Below are positions 1 to 9,891 of a stretch of DNA of 64,000 nucleotides, in pieces; position 1 is the stretch's first letter, and each line of letters begins with the position of its first letter. Origin of the DNA: Thecamonas trahens ATCC 50062 (taxonomy: Eukaryota; Protista; Apusomonadida). The notes beneath the pieces were generated by a model. The model searched no databases and was not told where the DNA came from. It saw nothing but the letters and a program-made list of their open reading frames with translations. The stretch lies in NCBI RefSeq assembly GCF_000142905.1, contig NW_013657650.1:268420-332419 (forward strand), read 5' to 3'. The translations under genes were made by a program, and so were the position numbers.

Positions 1-3000
1 AGTGCGAGCCGGCTGTGGACCATAGCTGTTGCGACTGGTCCCGGCCCAGCAAGTGTCCAGCTCACAGTTGGCCTCGACGTCGACATTCGTCTTGGCAGCT
101 GTCCAGTCCTCCCGGCTGCCATCTCGGTCCTTGTTGCCTCGCCGCCAAACGCGACGGTCCCGACCGCGTCGCCGCTGCCGCTGCCTCCGCTGCCGCTTCT
201 GGCGAGCCGAGTTGCGGTCGATCCGTGCCACACCTCGATGTTGGCTCTTGTCTCCAGCTCTTCACTATTTGTCTCATTTGACTTTGGCACCTCGTGGCTG
301 GCTGCCGCGAGTATTGGCGTGCCGGGCACATTCCTTGCTGCCGCCGACGTCACCGTTCGGCTGGTCGACGGGTTTGTGGTGCTCGCAAGCGGCGGAAGCG
401 TTCATATCTCCCGCGACCGGCTCGGTAGCCTGTCGTTTAACGCCTCTGTTTTTGTCGATCTCGGCGCCGCGGGTTCCTCGCTACTCTCGACTCCCTCCGA
501 GTGCTTGCCGACCCGACTCCTGGCCCCTGCTGCATCCGCGCCTCCGTTCCCGTACCATGGCATTGTGGCTTCGCCTTCGGCGCTAGTTGAGCTATCACAC
601 GACGTTCGGGTCAATGCGCTTCATCCCTCGGTTCTTGCCGGACCGGTCAGTGACGTTGCAGTCTCGCCGGGTCATCGGGCGGTGGCTGTACTCGTTGCCC
701 CGCGCATGCTTCGGCTCTGCAGCACTACCTCGGGAACCAACAGCTCGTTGTGCAGCATCGGCACGCTGCCACGGGCTGCGTCCAAGCTTGACTACTTTCC
801 GTCGGGCGGAGCGCTGCTGGCCTACGGCGCGAGCTCGCTGCTTGTCTCGCGCGACCTCGGGCGCTCGTGGCGGGTCATGTTTGAAACGAGCTTGCCCGAC
901 AGCTGCGTGGCTGCCGTAATTGTATCGGATGTGCGGACGCCCGAGTATGTGGCGCTTGTCTCGGCTTCGTGCTCCTCACCTCGCGCGGTGGTTTCACTCT
1001 ACTATGGATCGATGCTGTCAGAGACTCTTGCGTCAGCAGGTACGCTGCCGCCGTCTGCTCTTGCGGTGCACTTTAACGGCCCCGGCTCGCTACGCTACCT
1101 GATGGCCAGCGCGTCAGGCTCGCTCTCGGCCGCCTACGTGCCGCTGCTTGCGCTCACTGCTACCAACGTGAGTAGTCTTAGTGGCGAGCTGCCGCCGGCG
1201 TCTCTTGTTGCCAACGTCTCGACCGCGGGCCTGCCACTGGCTCGTGATGCAGGGCTTGTTGTTCTAACGCTGCCTGGCTCGGCCGACGCGCTGGCACTTG
1301 TCGGCCCCGTCGGCTTGCCGCAACCTGCGCTGCCAGGCCTCGTGGCCGGACTGGCTGGTGCTGAGGTCGATGCCCTTGGCACTGGGCGCTACAGCATCGA
1401 GGTTGGCTCTGTCCACGAGGCGCTTGGCCTGCTTGTGGCACCTGCGCGCTGGCTCACACCGCCGGGCGGTGTGAGCATGGGTGACGGCCTGGCATGCTCT
1501 TTGCTCAGTCTCTCATTATCCGCATCTAGCTCTATTAGCTCCACGCCACTCGACGGGCTCTCGGGTGTCTGGGCCGGACGCAATCTGTACTCTGTCGACG
1601 CGACGGTCGAGCTGAGTGGATGCGCGAGTGCAACTCCGGCGCTTGCGCCTGGCGAGAGCCTCTGGCTCGATGGCGGAGCACGGGTGTTCCGCATCGAGCG
1701 GTTAGTCTCGTCGAATCGGGCCACCGGTAGGCTGGTGGGTACCAGCCCGACAGCTGTCAGTCTGGCGCTGGCCAACCAAACAGTCTCGGCCAGTGTTGTC
1801 CGTCACGTCAAGACTCCAGCCTGGCGGAAAGCGCCTGACGTGGCTGGCGAGACGAGCGCGGCAGTGACGCTTGCTTGCCTCGCTGAGAACGAGGTCGGCA
1901 GTGTTCTTTCGGTTGCGCCGTCGCTGCCAACACTCGCAGCGTCGCGGCGCGGGATGCTCTTCGCCAACGCGGTCGGGGTCCTGCTGGCGGCTGACCGCGT
2001 GGCGGTGGCAGGCAGAGGCGGATGCGGGCGTGTTCAGACTGGGACGCCACTGGCGGCAGGAACGGACTGGACGGCTGTTGACATTGAGGCTGGTGTTCTC
2101 GCTGCAGCTGCGCCGCGGTTTCCTACCCGCGCTGCAGCCGAGTGTACAGCGACGACTGGCCGGCGTGCGGTGGTGCTGGGCGGGCAGGATGTCGAGTTGC
2201 ACACACCGCGGGCCAAGGCTGTGGTACTGGACCGGGCCGACTCGATGGACATCAACACGACGACAAGCGCCGTCAGCCGCGGCTGCTGGTCGGTGGCCGG
2301 TGGGTTGTGGACAGCGAGCCTGAGTGTGACGGCGCGTCAAGCCGGAGCCTTTGCAGCTGCACCGCTGTCGACAGGCGTCGAGGGCCTCGTTCTCCTGCGG
2401 GCTGGCGGCGGGCCGCAGCTGGCGTGTGGGACGACCAGCGGCGGAACGTGGATTGTTACTGGATGCTCGATCTCAAAGCGGTTGGAAATGCGGCTGAGCG
2501 AGTCTGCAGAGGCCATGATGGCCGGCACCGTTGATGTGCACACTTTGCCGGTCAACTATCGGCCGCCGTCGCGGCTTGGCAAGGGCATCCCGATTTCGGC
2601 CTACATTTACCACGGCGACCCGAGCGCACCACGGCATCGGAACGAGTTTGGCGTCTCGAAGCGCAGCGGGCGGTATCAGCGATGTGCCGGCGCGAGTTCG
2701 CGGTCTGGGTGCCGGTGCAGTCGCCGGGAGCTGTTTGCGCCAGCTGCCGACGCCACCGACTGCCTCGCGGTCGCGCCGACGGTGCTTTTTGCAAACCGGT
2801 TTATCCCGGCGTTTGGCCTCGTTCAAGAGGGCCTCGCCGAGGTGAGCTATCTTGGGCGGTACGAGATCCGCGAGCTCAACAACCGGAGCGACTGGTGCAC
2901 GAACTCATCGGCGTGTGACGACCGCTCGGTATACCAGATGACCGCAGGTGCACTCGACGCGCTAGTGTGGGGCGGCGACGAGCTGTTCCATTTTGAGGTC

Positions 3001-3168
3001 CGCGCCCTTGACCCCTCGTTCTGCTCGCTCACAGCCGAGTTTACGCTTTGGGTGGACAAGCCGCCGATCCAGTTCCTCGAACTGTGGGCGGTCATCACGC
3101 TTACGCTCGTGGCGATGGCCCTTGGCCTCCTGGGTCTCTACGGTCTGCACAAGTGGCGGCTGGGATAG
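1..3168 (+). CDS. CATSPERB: CatSper channel auxiliary subunit beta-like protein (5' end outside window)
   Basis: Frame 1 is open from base 1. C-terminal motifs LPVNYRPPSRLGKGIP..IYHGDPS..SKRSGRYQRC..C.C, EIRELNNR.DW and ELFHFEV....FC.L..EF.LWVD..P, followed by one terminal TM helix, match the CATSPERB C-terminal region as I recall it. Confidence 0.8.
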   Translation, partial: SASRLWTIAVATGPGPASVQLTVGLDVDIRLGSCPVLPAAISVLVASPPNATVPTASPLPLPPLPLLASRVAVDPCHTSMLALVSSSSLFVSFDFGTSWLAAASIGVPGTFLAAADVTVRLVDGFVVLASGGSVHISRDRLGSLSFNASVFVDLGAAGSSLLSTPSECLPTRLLAPAASAPPFPYHGIVASPSALVELSHDVRVNALHPSVLAGPVSDVAVSPGHRAVAVLVAPRMLRLCSTTSGTNSSLCSIGTLPRAASKLDYFPSGGALLAYGASSLLVSRDLGRSWRVMFETSLPDSCVAAVIVSDVRTPEYVALVSASCSSPRAVVSLYYGSMLSETLASAGTLPPSALAVHFNGPGSLRYLMASASGSLSAAYVPLLALTATNVSSLSGELPPASLVANVSTAGLPLARDAGLVVLTLPGSADALALVGPVGLPQPALPGLVAGLAGAEVDALGTGRYSIEVGSVHEALGLLVAPARWLTPPGGVSMGDGLACSLLSLSLSASSSISSTPLDGLSGVWAGRNLYSVDATVELSGCASATPALAPGESLWLDGGARVFRIERLVSSNRATGRLVGTSPTAVSLALANQTVSASVVRHVKTPAWRKAPDVAGETSAAVTLACLAENEVGSVLSVAPSLPTLAASRRGMLFANAVGVLLAADRVAVAGRGGCGRVQTGTPLAAGTDWTAVDIEAGVLAAAAPRFPTRAAAECTATTGRRAVVLGGQDVELHTPRAKAVVLDRADSMDINTTTSAVSRGCWSVAGGLWTASLSVTARQAGAFAAAPLSTGVEGLVLLRAGGGPQLACGTTSGGTWIVTGCSISKRLEMRLSESAEAMMAGTVDVHTLPVNYRPPSRLGKGIPISAYIYHGDPSAPRHRNEFGVSKRSGRYQRCAGASSRSGCRCSRRELFAPAADATDCLAVAPTVLFANRFIPAFGLVQEGLAEVSYLGRYEIRELNNRSDWCTNSSACDDRSVYQMTAGALDALVWGGDELFHFEVRALDPSFCSLTAEFTLWVDKPPIQFLELWAVITLTLVAMALGLLGLYGLHKWRLG

Positions 3169-3223
3169 GTGCTCCCGCTTGCCATGCTCGGCTCACGCTC
3201 AGCTCACGCTCGCTTGCCATTCC

Positions 3224-3868
3224 TCACGTAAAGATCCGCATCATTCGCTCTATCGGCGTCCGGCAGACCGGACACGTCCCGAGCTCCGCCGTCGCGCACG
3301 CGCCGCACAGCGCCTGGTGGCCGCACGGCACGCAGGCAAAGGCCCGCTCCGCATCGAGGCAGATGACGCACAGCGCCGAGTCCTCGTCGCCACTGCCGCC
3401 GCTGGCGCCGCTCCCGCTGGCTGCCTGCTGCCTGCTCGCCTGCGCCCGTGCCCGCAGCGTGTCGACCGTCACCGGCGCGCCGGCCTTGCGCATGGCGACG
3501 AGGGCAGCCATGCCCTCGCCGATAGAGACCTCGCCCTCGGCCGCCAGCTGCGCCACCAGCTGAGCATCATCGCGGCGAATGCCGCCGAGATTGGCCGGCG
3601 GCGGCGACGGGGGCCGTGCAGCAGCAGCAGCGCTCCCGGCGGCAGCACCGGTGGCCAGGAGGCAGACCTCGGCCTCAAGACAGGCGCACAGAATGCGCCT
3701 GCGCTGCGGGCTCCCGACGTCGTGGCCGGCATGGCAGGCAGCGGCACACGCCATACACAGCGCCAGCTCGCCTTCCAGCCCACACGTGGCACACTCCACC
3801 GCCTTCTGTAACGCATACTCACAGCCTGCGCCTCGAGTGCACAAGCTTCCTCCCGCATCCCCGTCCAT
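3224..3868 (-). CDS. Small UBR-type zinc finger plus C-terminal RING (C3HC4_3-type) protein, putative E3 ligase
   Basis: N-terminal CT..Y..Q...C.TC......C..CA..CH.GH.V......C.C pattern; C-terminal CVICLD......VPCGH..LC..C......CPVCR..I. Confidence 0.75.
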   Translation of the reverse strand: MDGDAGGSLCTRGAGCEYALQKAVECATCGLEGELALCMACAAACHAGHDVGSPQRRRILCACLEAEVCLLATGAAAGSAAAAARPPSPPPANLGGIRRDDAQLVAQLAAEGEVSIGEGMAALVAMRKAGAPVTVDTLRARAQASRQQAASGSGASGGSGDEDSALCVICLDAERAFACVPCGHQALCGACATAELGTCPVCRTPIERMMRIFT

Positions 3869-4488
3869 CGCTCTCGGGTCGGCTGCCTGGCTTTGCTAGC
3901 TTGCGCCAAGTGCCGACTCTCCGTGGCCGACCCGACCAGTCACCGGCCGGCGATCACGCCACCGCCACCGGCCCACTCCACCTCTCCCGCCCCACTCCAC
4001 CTCCCCCGCCCAACCTCCCCCATCCCTGCACATAGTCATCCCGCCGCGGCACAACTCACCGAGGACTAACCAAAAAGATCATGGGGAGACAACCCCACAT
4101 GATGCTTGCAAACGCGCGTAACTAATTCCGGTTCGAACTGTTTTANNNNNNNNNNNNNNNNNNNNNNNNNNNNNNNNNNNNNNNNNNNNNNNNNNNNNNN
4201 NNNNNNNNNNNNNNNNNNNNNNNNNNNNNNNNNNNNNNNNNNNNNNNNNNNNNNNNNNNNNNNNNNNNNNNNNNNNNNNNNNNNNNNNNNNNNNNNNNNN
4301 NNNNNNNNNNNNNNNNNNNNNNNNNNNNNNNNNNNNNNNNNNNNNNNNNNNNNNNNNNNNNNNNNNNNNNNNNNNNNNNNNNNNNNNNNNNNNNNNNNNN
4401 NNNNNNNNNNNNNNNNNNNNNNNNNNNNNNNNNNNNNNNNNNNNNNNNNNNNNTTTCCCCCCCCCCCCACCCACACACACAAGCACTC

Positions 4489-6174
4489 ATGGCAGACGAA
4501 TCACAGCCGTCGACGCCGCCCACCCCAGAGGGCTACTACTCGGTCCTCGTCCCGCCGCAGCCGTTCTCGCCGGCGCTCCCAGGCGAGGCAACGGCTCTCA
4601 CCGCCGACTTCCCCGGCCCGGCCTCTGCCACACCGCGGTCGCCGGCCTCCAGCTCCCGGCCGTCAAGCAGCTCGAGCAGCTCGAGCAGCTCGAGCTCGAG
4701 CTCCAGCAGCGGGAGTTCTGCTGAAGGCCCGGGCTCGGACGCGGGGGATGAGGCCGGGCTCCTGGGCCTGGACGGCGCGGTGGCGGTGGCGGTCCCGCCG
4801 GCGGACGCCATGTCGGTCTCCTCGGTGGCGTCGTCTGCTGTGACGAATCCTGCATCCGAGCTTGCACTGACGACGCGGCTGTCACGGTCGCGGTCGCAGT
4901 CGCCGCCGCTTGTGCTGCCGCCGCTGGCACTGCCGTCGCTCTCGCCGGGCTCGCCCAACGGGTCGGGCGCCGACACAACGGGCCGGTCGTTTGGGTCGGA
5001 CCCGTCGACTGAGCCGTCGATGCGGGCATGGTCCGAGATGGCGTCTTCCGATGGCGAGGAGGTGGCTGCTGCCAACAGCGCGCTTGTTCTACACGGCGTG
5101 CGCGGGTCGCGGTCCGAGGCCGAGGCGTCGGACGCTGGCGAGCTCGACGTCTTTGCCATTTATTCACGCAAGCACCTTGTCGAACTGCTCCACGGAGCGC
5201 TTGTGGAGCAAGCCGAGCTCGAGGCCGAGTCTGTCAAACTCCAGCACAACGTGGCCATGTACTACCGCGAGAACGAGTCTGCCGAGAAGATCAACCAGGA
5301 GGCGTCGTCGATTGTCTCGACCTCTGACCACGAGCAGACGTACCAGTCGGCCATGGAGTCGCTGAAGCAGGTCCGCGAGCAGATGGAGCGCGAACAGGCG
5401 GCGTACGACGCGCAGATCGAGGAGATTGAGGCCGAGCTGGCCGCCAAGCGCGCCGACGAGGCGCGGCTCCGCCGGCAGTTTGACGAGAACAAGCGCGAGA
5501 TCGCCCGCGCCTCGCAGCACTCGCGCAAGGGCACCCACATGCCGAGTAAGCTCATCCAGTTTTACGAGCGGCGGCAGCTGGCCAAGAACAAGGACGTCTC
5601 CTCAGTCCGCCTCGTCAACATCAAGCTCTCGCACAAGAAAGACGCGCTGCAGGCGCAGATCGAGGCCATGGAGAAGGAGAACGGTCTGCACCTCATCGAC
5701 TTTGAGCAGAAGAAGATCGAGAACCAGACGTACAACGACAAGCTTGACGAGCGCGCCTCGGAGCTTTCGCGCCTCCACCGGAAGCAGACGACCACCGTCC
5801 AGATTCTGACTCACATCAAGGAAAAGTTGGCGTACGTGGTCTCGGAAAACGCGCTCCTCCGCGAGGAGGTCACCCGTGTCGGCAAGGAGGTTGCCGCCTC
5901 GCGGGCGCGGCTCTCCAAGCTCAAGTCGCGCCGCGACACCCTGCGGACCGCACACACCCATCTCAAGGACAAGGCCGGCCTAGTCGGCGACTATGCTCTG
6001 CTGCGTGACTTTGAGAAGCGCGCAGCGTCGGCGGCCGACCTGCAGAACCAGCTCGCCGACCTCAAGGAGCGCCACCAGGCGCTGCAGCGCGCCACCGCTC
6101 GCTGCAAGGCCAAGCAAAAGGCCTTCCTCGCCCAAATGCAGGCCGAAATGATCGGGGCGCACCCGCGTCGCTGA
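4489..6174 (+). CDS. CCDC96: Coiled-coil ciliary protein CCDC96/CFAP184-like (DUF4201)
   Basis: GLHLIDFEQKKIENQTYNDKLDER...L..L..K.TTTVQILTHIKEKL and GL.....LLRDFE motifs; Ser/Pro-rich N-terminus. Confidence 0.85.
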   Translation: MADESQPSTPPTPEGYYSVLVPPQPFSPALPGEATALTADFPGPASATPRSPASSSRPSSSSSSSSSSSSSSSSGSSAEGPGSDAGDEAGLLGLDGAVAVAVPPADAMSVSSVASSAVTNPASELALTTRLSRSRSQSPPLVLPPLALPSLSPGSPNGSGADTTGRSFGSDPSTEPSMRAWSEMASSDGEEVAAANSALVLHGVRGSRSEAEASDAGELDVFAIYSRKHLVELLHGALVEQAELEAESVKLQHNVAMYYRENESAEKINQEASSIVSTSDHEQTYQSAMESLKQVREQMEREQAAYDAQIEEIEAELAAKRADEARLRRQFDENKREIARASQHSRKGTHMPSKLIQFYERRQLAKNKDVSSVRLVNIKLSHKKDALQAQIEAMEKENGLHLIDFEQKKIENQTYNDKLDERASELSRLHRKQTTTVQILTHIKEKLAYVVSENALLREEVTRVGKEVAASRARLSKLKSRRDTLRTAHTHLKDKAGLVGDYALLRDFEKRAASAADLQNQLADLKERHQALQRATARCKAKQKAFLAQMQAEMIGAHPRR

Positions 6175-6202
6175 GAACAACAGCACCGCAGTAAAAGGAT
6201 GA

Positions 6203-7354
6203 TCAGTTGCCGCCGTTGCCTACGGCCGGCGCGTACACGGCGGCAGCAAAGACAAAGTTGCCGACGTTGATCGGCGTCGTAGCCACTTCGGTTCCGGTCG
6301 CGGCGTCGAGATCAAACATGACGCCCTTGGAGAGGACGTGAATCGTCGACGACTCGGGGCCCACACACGCCATCGACGGCACCAGCGGAATCGCCGGCGA
6401 GCTCAGCGGCGTCTGGATCTCGAGCGTGTACGGGTCGACAATGGCGAGCGTCGGCGGGAGCGACGATCCATTGCGTGCCAGGTAGCCGACAAACGTTTCG
6501 AGCTTAGGCACGTGCACAACCCACAGCGGGTGGAGCTCGCGAGCTGCTTTGCGCTCGTCGACGTGGAGCGTCCGACTTGTCACGTTGCCTGCCGACGTAA
6601 CATCGACCGCCCAGTACACATACAGGTCAGGGGAGAGAACGAGGCCAAAGGCGACTGTCCCGTTGCCCGGCGCCGCCACCACCGCTGCTGCACCGCGCGG
6701 ATCAGCCACGCCGTGCGGCAGCGGCGCGGCCTTCAGCTCGACCTCGAGCGCCGTGCCAAACTTGGGTGCATCGCCGGCCGAGGTCACAATCCGCAGCCGC
6801 GGCGGGGCGTCTGGCCGCGTGTCGACCGCCACCCCGACCAGCACGCCCGACGCCGGCTCGACCGCGAGCGCCAGAAGCAGCTCGTGCGCCGTGTTGAGAA
6901 AGGCAACGCCGACGTCAGTATTGGCATACCCGACCACCACCGTAAAGTTGCTGGTGGCAGGGAGAAAGCCGCCAAGCAGCGCGTACGAGTTGAGCGTCAG
7001 CGAGTTGACCGCCAGCGAGTACGTCCGCAGCTGCGAGAAGAGGCCCGGATACGCCGCCGCCTGCGCCACCGCCCCAGTCGCCGGATTCACCCGCGCCAGC
7101 GCATTGTCGTACCACCGCACATGCTTGCTCAGCGAGTGCTCCGCATATCCGGCCGCGTAGATATGCGCCGCCTTGCTCTCGTCCGGCCCTCCACCCACCG
7201 CCTCCACCGACCCGTCCGCCGCTGTCGCTGCCACGCCCACCACGCCCACCACGCCCACCGCCACCGCCACCGTGCCCACCACCACCGCCCACCACCATGC
7301 CACGCTCGCCCGTCGACTCTGCCGCCCCATCCACAGCCCACTATCCATCGCCAT
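6203..7354 (-). CDS. Hypothetical secreted or membrane-anchored beta-rich protein
   Basis: Hydrophobic stretch WWWAVVVGTVAVAVGVVGVVGVA after the likely ATG at 7354; ~380 aa with coding-like GC pattern; no family recognised. Confidence 0.55.
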   Translation of the reverse strand: MAMDSGLWMGRQSRRASVAWWWAVVVGTVAVAVGVVGVVGVAATAADGSVEAVGGGPDESKAAHIYAAGYAEHSLSKHVRWYDNALARVNPATGAVAQAAAYPGLFSQLRTYSLAVNSLTLNSYALLGGFLPATSNFTVVVGYANTDVGVAFLNTAHELLLALAVEPASGVLVGVAVDTRPDAPPRLRIVTSAGDAPKFGTALEVELKAAPLPHGVADPRGAAAVVAAPGNGTVAFGLVLSPDLYVYWAVDVTSAGNVTSRTLHVDERKAARELHPLWVVHVPKLETFVGYLARNGSSLPPTLAIVDPYTLEIQTPLSSPAIPLVPSMACVGPESSTIHVLSKGVMFDLDAATGTEVATTPINVGNFVFAAAVYAPAVGNGGN

Positions 7355-7900
7355 TGACCTCGCAGACGAGACGGAAGCTGCTGCTGACGAGCCAAGTGTG
7401 ACTTGTGGGCCAGGGGGGGCCACGGCGCCCGTGTGACCTGAGGGCGAGATGGCCACCCCTGGCCGGCTCCGGGCCCACCACCCAGCCGGCACGCCGCCGC
7501 CAGTGGCAGCTGGCACCGCTTCTGCTGTCACTCTCTGACCGAACACTGGCCGAACACCGCCGCCACCCCGGCACGGCTGCCCTACCGTCTGCTGCTGGCT
7601 ATCCTCCCCTCCGGCATGTCCCATGCCCTCTGGCCTTGCTTCTGCCTTTCTCACTCCTACTGCCGGCCCCGCATCCCCTATTCCAGGCGTGTACAGCCGC
7701 TGCGCCCCACGGATTCCCCCGCTGTCGGCGTGGCACTGCTTCAGAAGAATCTTCCGCAACCGGTTTTTGCGCGCCAAACTGGCGGGCTCACGTCCCGGGC
7801 GGGCAGGCACCGCACTCGGCCTGCCACCTCTCCTCACATCCCTCATTTCCCACTCCCCGCGTGCCCCACATTGTCTGCCCCCGCTCGGTTGTTGTTGCTC

Positions 7901-9769
7901 ATGCGAAAGTCCCCCGTCGCTGGAGTTGCGCGCTCGCGGGTGGCCCTCTCGCCGCCGCCCTCGCCCTGCGCCGAGCCGGCGCCGCGCCAGTCGCCTGCCC
8001 GCTCACCGCCGCCGCCGCCAGCACTCGCTCCTGTTGACACGCCACCAGTTGCGCTGGTGCCCAAGCCGCAGCGTGCGCCGCGTCCAATGCCCGTGCCACC
8101 GCTGGGCGTGGTGGGGCAGCGCGGAACCCGGCTGCCCGGGAGACCCCGCCCGCGGCCGACTCGGACGGCGCGCGCGCTGCCCAAGCCGGATCCGGCCGGC
8201 TTTGATGCCTCTGCTGGCGCTGGCTCGGGACCCGGCTCGGTGACAGGCACGCCACGGCGGGCAACTGGGTCGTCATTTGGCGCTCGCTCGCGACCGCGGC
8301 CCGATCCGTCGGGCCTCGGCAACCCGTCGCTTGTCTCGCCGAACATGAGCTCGCCCTCGTTCTCACCGCGCATTCGCAAGCATCCGCACTCGGCGCCGCC
8401 GTCGTCCAAGGCCTGCCCGCCGTCCCCGCTTCGCAAGGTTTCGCCGTACGTCCGGCGGCGGCGCGACTCGTCCATCAAGGTCTACTACATGCGCCCGGCG
8501 CACCGACGGCCGCTCGCCTCGCCGCTGCCAATCGTTTCGCGACGGAAGGTATTTCCCGGCGAGCAGGCCGCGCACCCGCCGATGTCGTCGTCTTTGCGGT
8601 ATGAACTCGCGTCCACAGCGCCGTACTCGCTGCCGTCGTCGACAACGGCGTCGCCAAGCAGGAAGCGGGTGGCGCGAGCCTCGCTCGCGCGCCGCCACGA
8701 ACGGACGCAGTCGTCTGTCGAAGCCCGGTTGTACGCCTCGCTCTCTGGTGGCCTGCCGCCTGCGATGCCGTCGGCCACCAAGAGCGCGCTCGGCTTTCAT
8801 GCCGAGTTTGATTCGGTGGCAGTTGTCTCCAAAGGCAAGTTTACCGAGGTTCTCAGAGTCCATTCGGCGGCGATCGACAAGTTTTTCGTGGTCAAGAAGG
8901 AGATTGACGACGTCCACCTGCCGGGCCTCTCGCTCAAACACGAGGTCGAGGTCATTCGCAAGCTCGGTGTCCCGCCGCACAACCACGTGGTGCTCTACGA
9001 AAAGGCGTGGGAGGAGGCCGGCGTGATGCACATTCAGATGGAGGACTGCGCCCGCGGCTCGCTCGAGCACTACCTCGAGACACAGTTCAAGGACACGATG
9101 GCGCTCCCGCTCGAGTTTGTGCTCTCCACCCTTCATGACCTCGGCAAAGGGCTGGACTATACGGCGTCGCGCGGCGTCGTCCACCTTGATCTCAAGCCGG
9201 AGAACGTTTTTGTTGACGGCGATGGCAATCTCAAGCTCGGCGACTTTGGCATCTCGCACATCCTCCCGTCTGCGGGTGCTGACTCGGACTCATCGTCGGA
9301 CGACGACGACGACGGCACGGCGCCGCATCTGCGTCTGCTTCAGCCGTTCCGCCCGCCGGCGCTGGTGCGGTCGTCGTCGATGCTCGAGGACGGTGACCCC
9401 AAGTACATGTCACAAGAGCTCCTCAAGTCGGACTCGTCGTTGGTTGGCCCGTGGTGCGACGTCTTCTCACTCGGCATCATGTGCCTCTCTCTCCTTCTCG
9501 GCATTGACTTGCCGTCGCGAGGCGAAATGTGGCATGTGCTCCGCTCTGGCTCGCTCGGACCGGTCCTGGAGGTCTCTGAGGCCCACGGCCGGTATGTCGC
9601 GCTCGACGCGCCACAGGCGGAAGCTGCCACCTACAATGCTCTCCTCGACATTATTGGCCGCATGATGGCGCCCGATCCCAAGGACCGCCCAGAGGCTGCA
9701 GAAGTCGTTGTCGTAGCTGATGCGCTGCTCGAGCGCCTGCGGAGCGAGGCGACGGCCATGCAAGAATGA
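7901..9769 (+). CDS. Wee1/Myt1-family protein kinase
   Basis: GKFTEV, VVKK, HLDLKPENVF, KLGDFG, EDGDPKYMSQELL, DVFSLG, DLPSRGEMWHVLRSG; long S/P/R-rich N-terminus with many SP sites. Start uncertain (frame open from 7616). Confidence 0.85.
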   Translation: MRKSPVAGVARSRVALSPPPSPCAEPAPRQSPARSPPPPPALAPVDTPPVALVPKPQRAPRPMPVPPLGVVGQRGTRLPGRPRPRPTRTARALPKPDPAGFDASAGAGSGPGSVTGTPRRATGSSFGARSRPRPDPSGLGNPSLVSPNMSSPSFSPRIRKHPHSAPPSSKACPPSPLRKVSPYVRRRRDSSIKVYYMRPAHRRPLASPLPIVSRRKVFPGEQAAHPPMSSSLRYELASTAPYSLPSSTTASPSRKRVARASLARRHERTQSSVEARLYASLSGGLPPAMPSATKSALGFHAEFDSVAVVSKGKFTEVLRVHSAAIDKFFVVKKEIDDVHLPGLSLKHEVEVIRKLGVPPHNHVVLYEKAWEEAGVMHIQMEDCARGSLEHYLETQFKDTMALPLEFVLSTLHDLGKGLDYTASRGVVHLDLKPENVFVDGDGNLKLGDFGISHILPSAGADSDSSSDDDDDGTAPHLRLLQPFRPPALVRSSSMLEDGDPKYMSQELLKSDSSLVGPWCDVFSLGIMCLSLLLGIDLPSRGEMWHVLRSGSLGPVLEVSEAHGRYVALDAPQAEAATYNALLDIIGRMMAPDPKDRPEAAEVVVVADALLERLRSEATAMQE

Positions 9770-9891
9770 GACAAACTTGCACAACTTGCATAAAAAGAAG
9801 TGAACAAACCTCGGAACTTGAGAGAGCGACAAGAGGCAGAAGGAGAGAGCACAAAATCGTTGTTCATTTATCAGATGTGCCCACGCAAGCC

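Noticed and set aside
4066-4145. AT-richer segment beside a gap with a short minus-strand reading frame
   Set aside because: Too short to assign; may be a low-quality contig end or foreign read.
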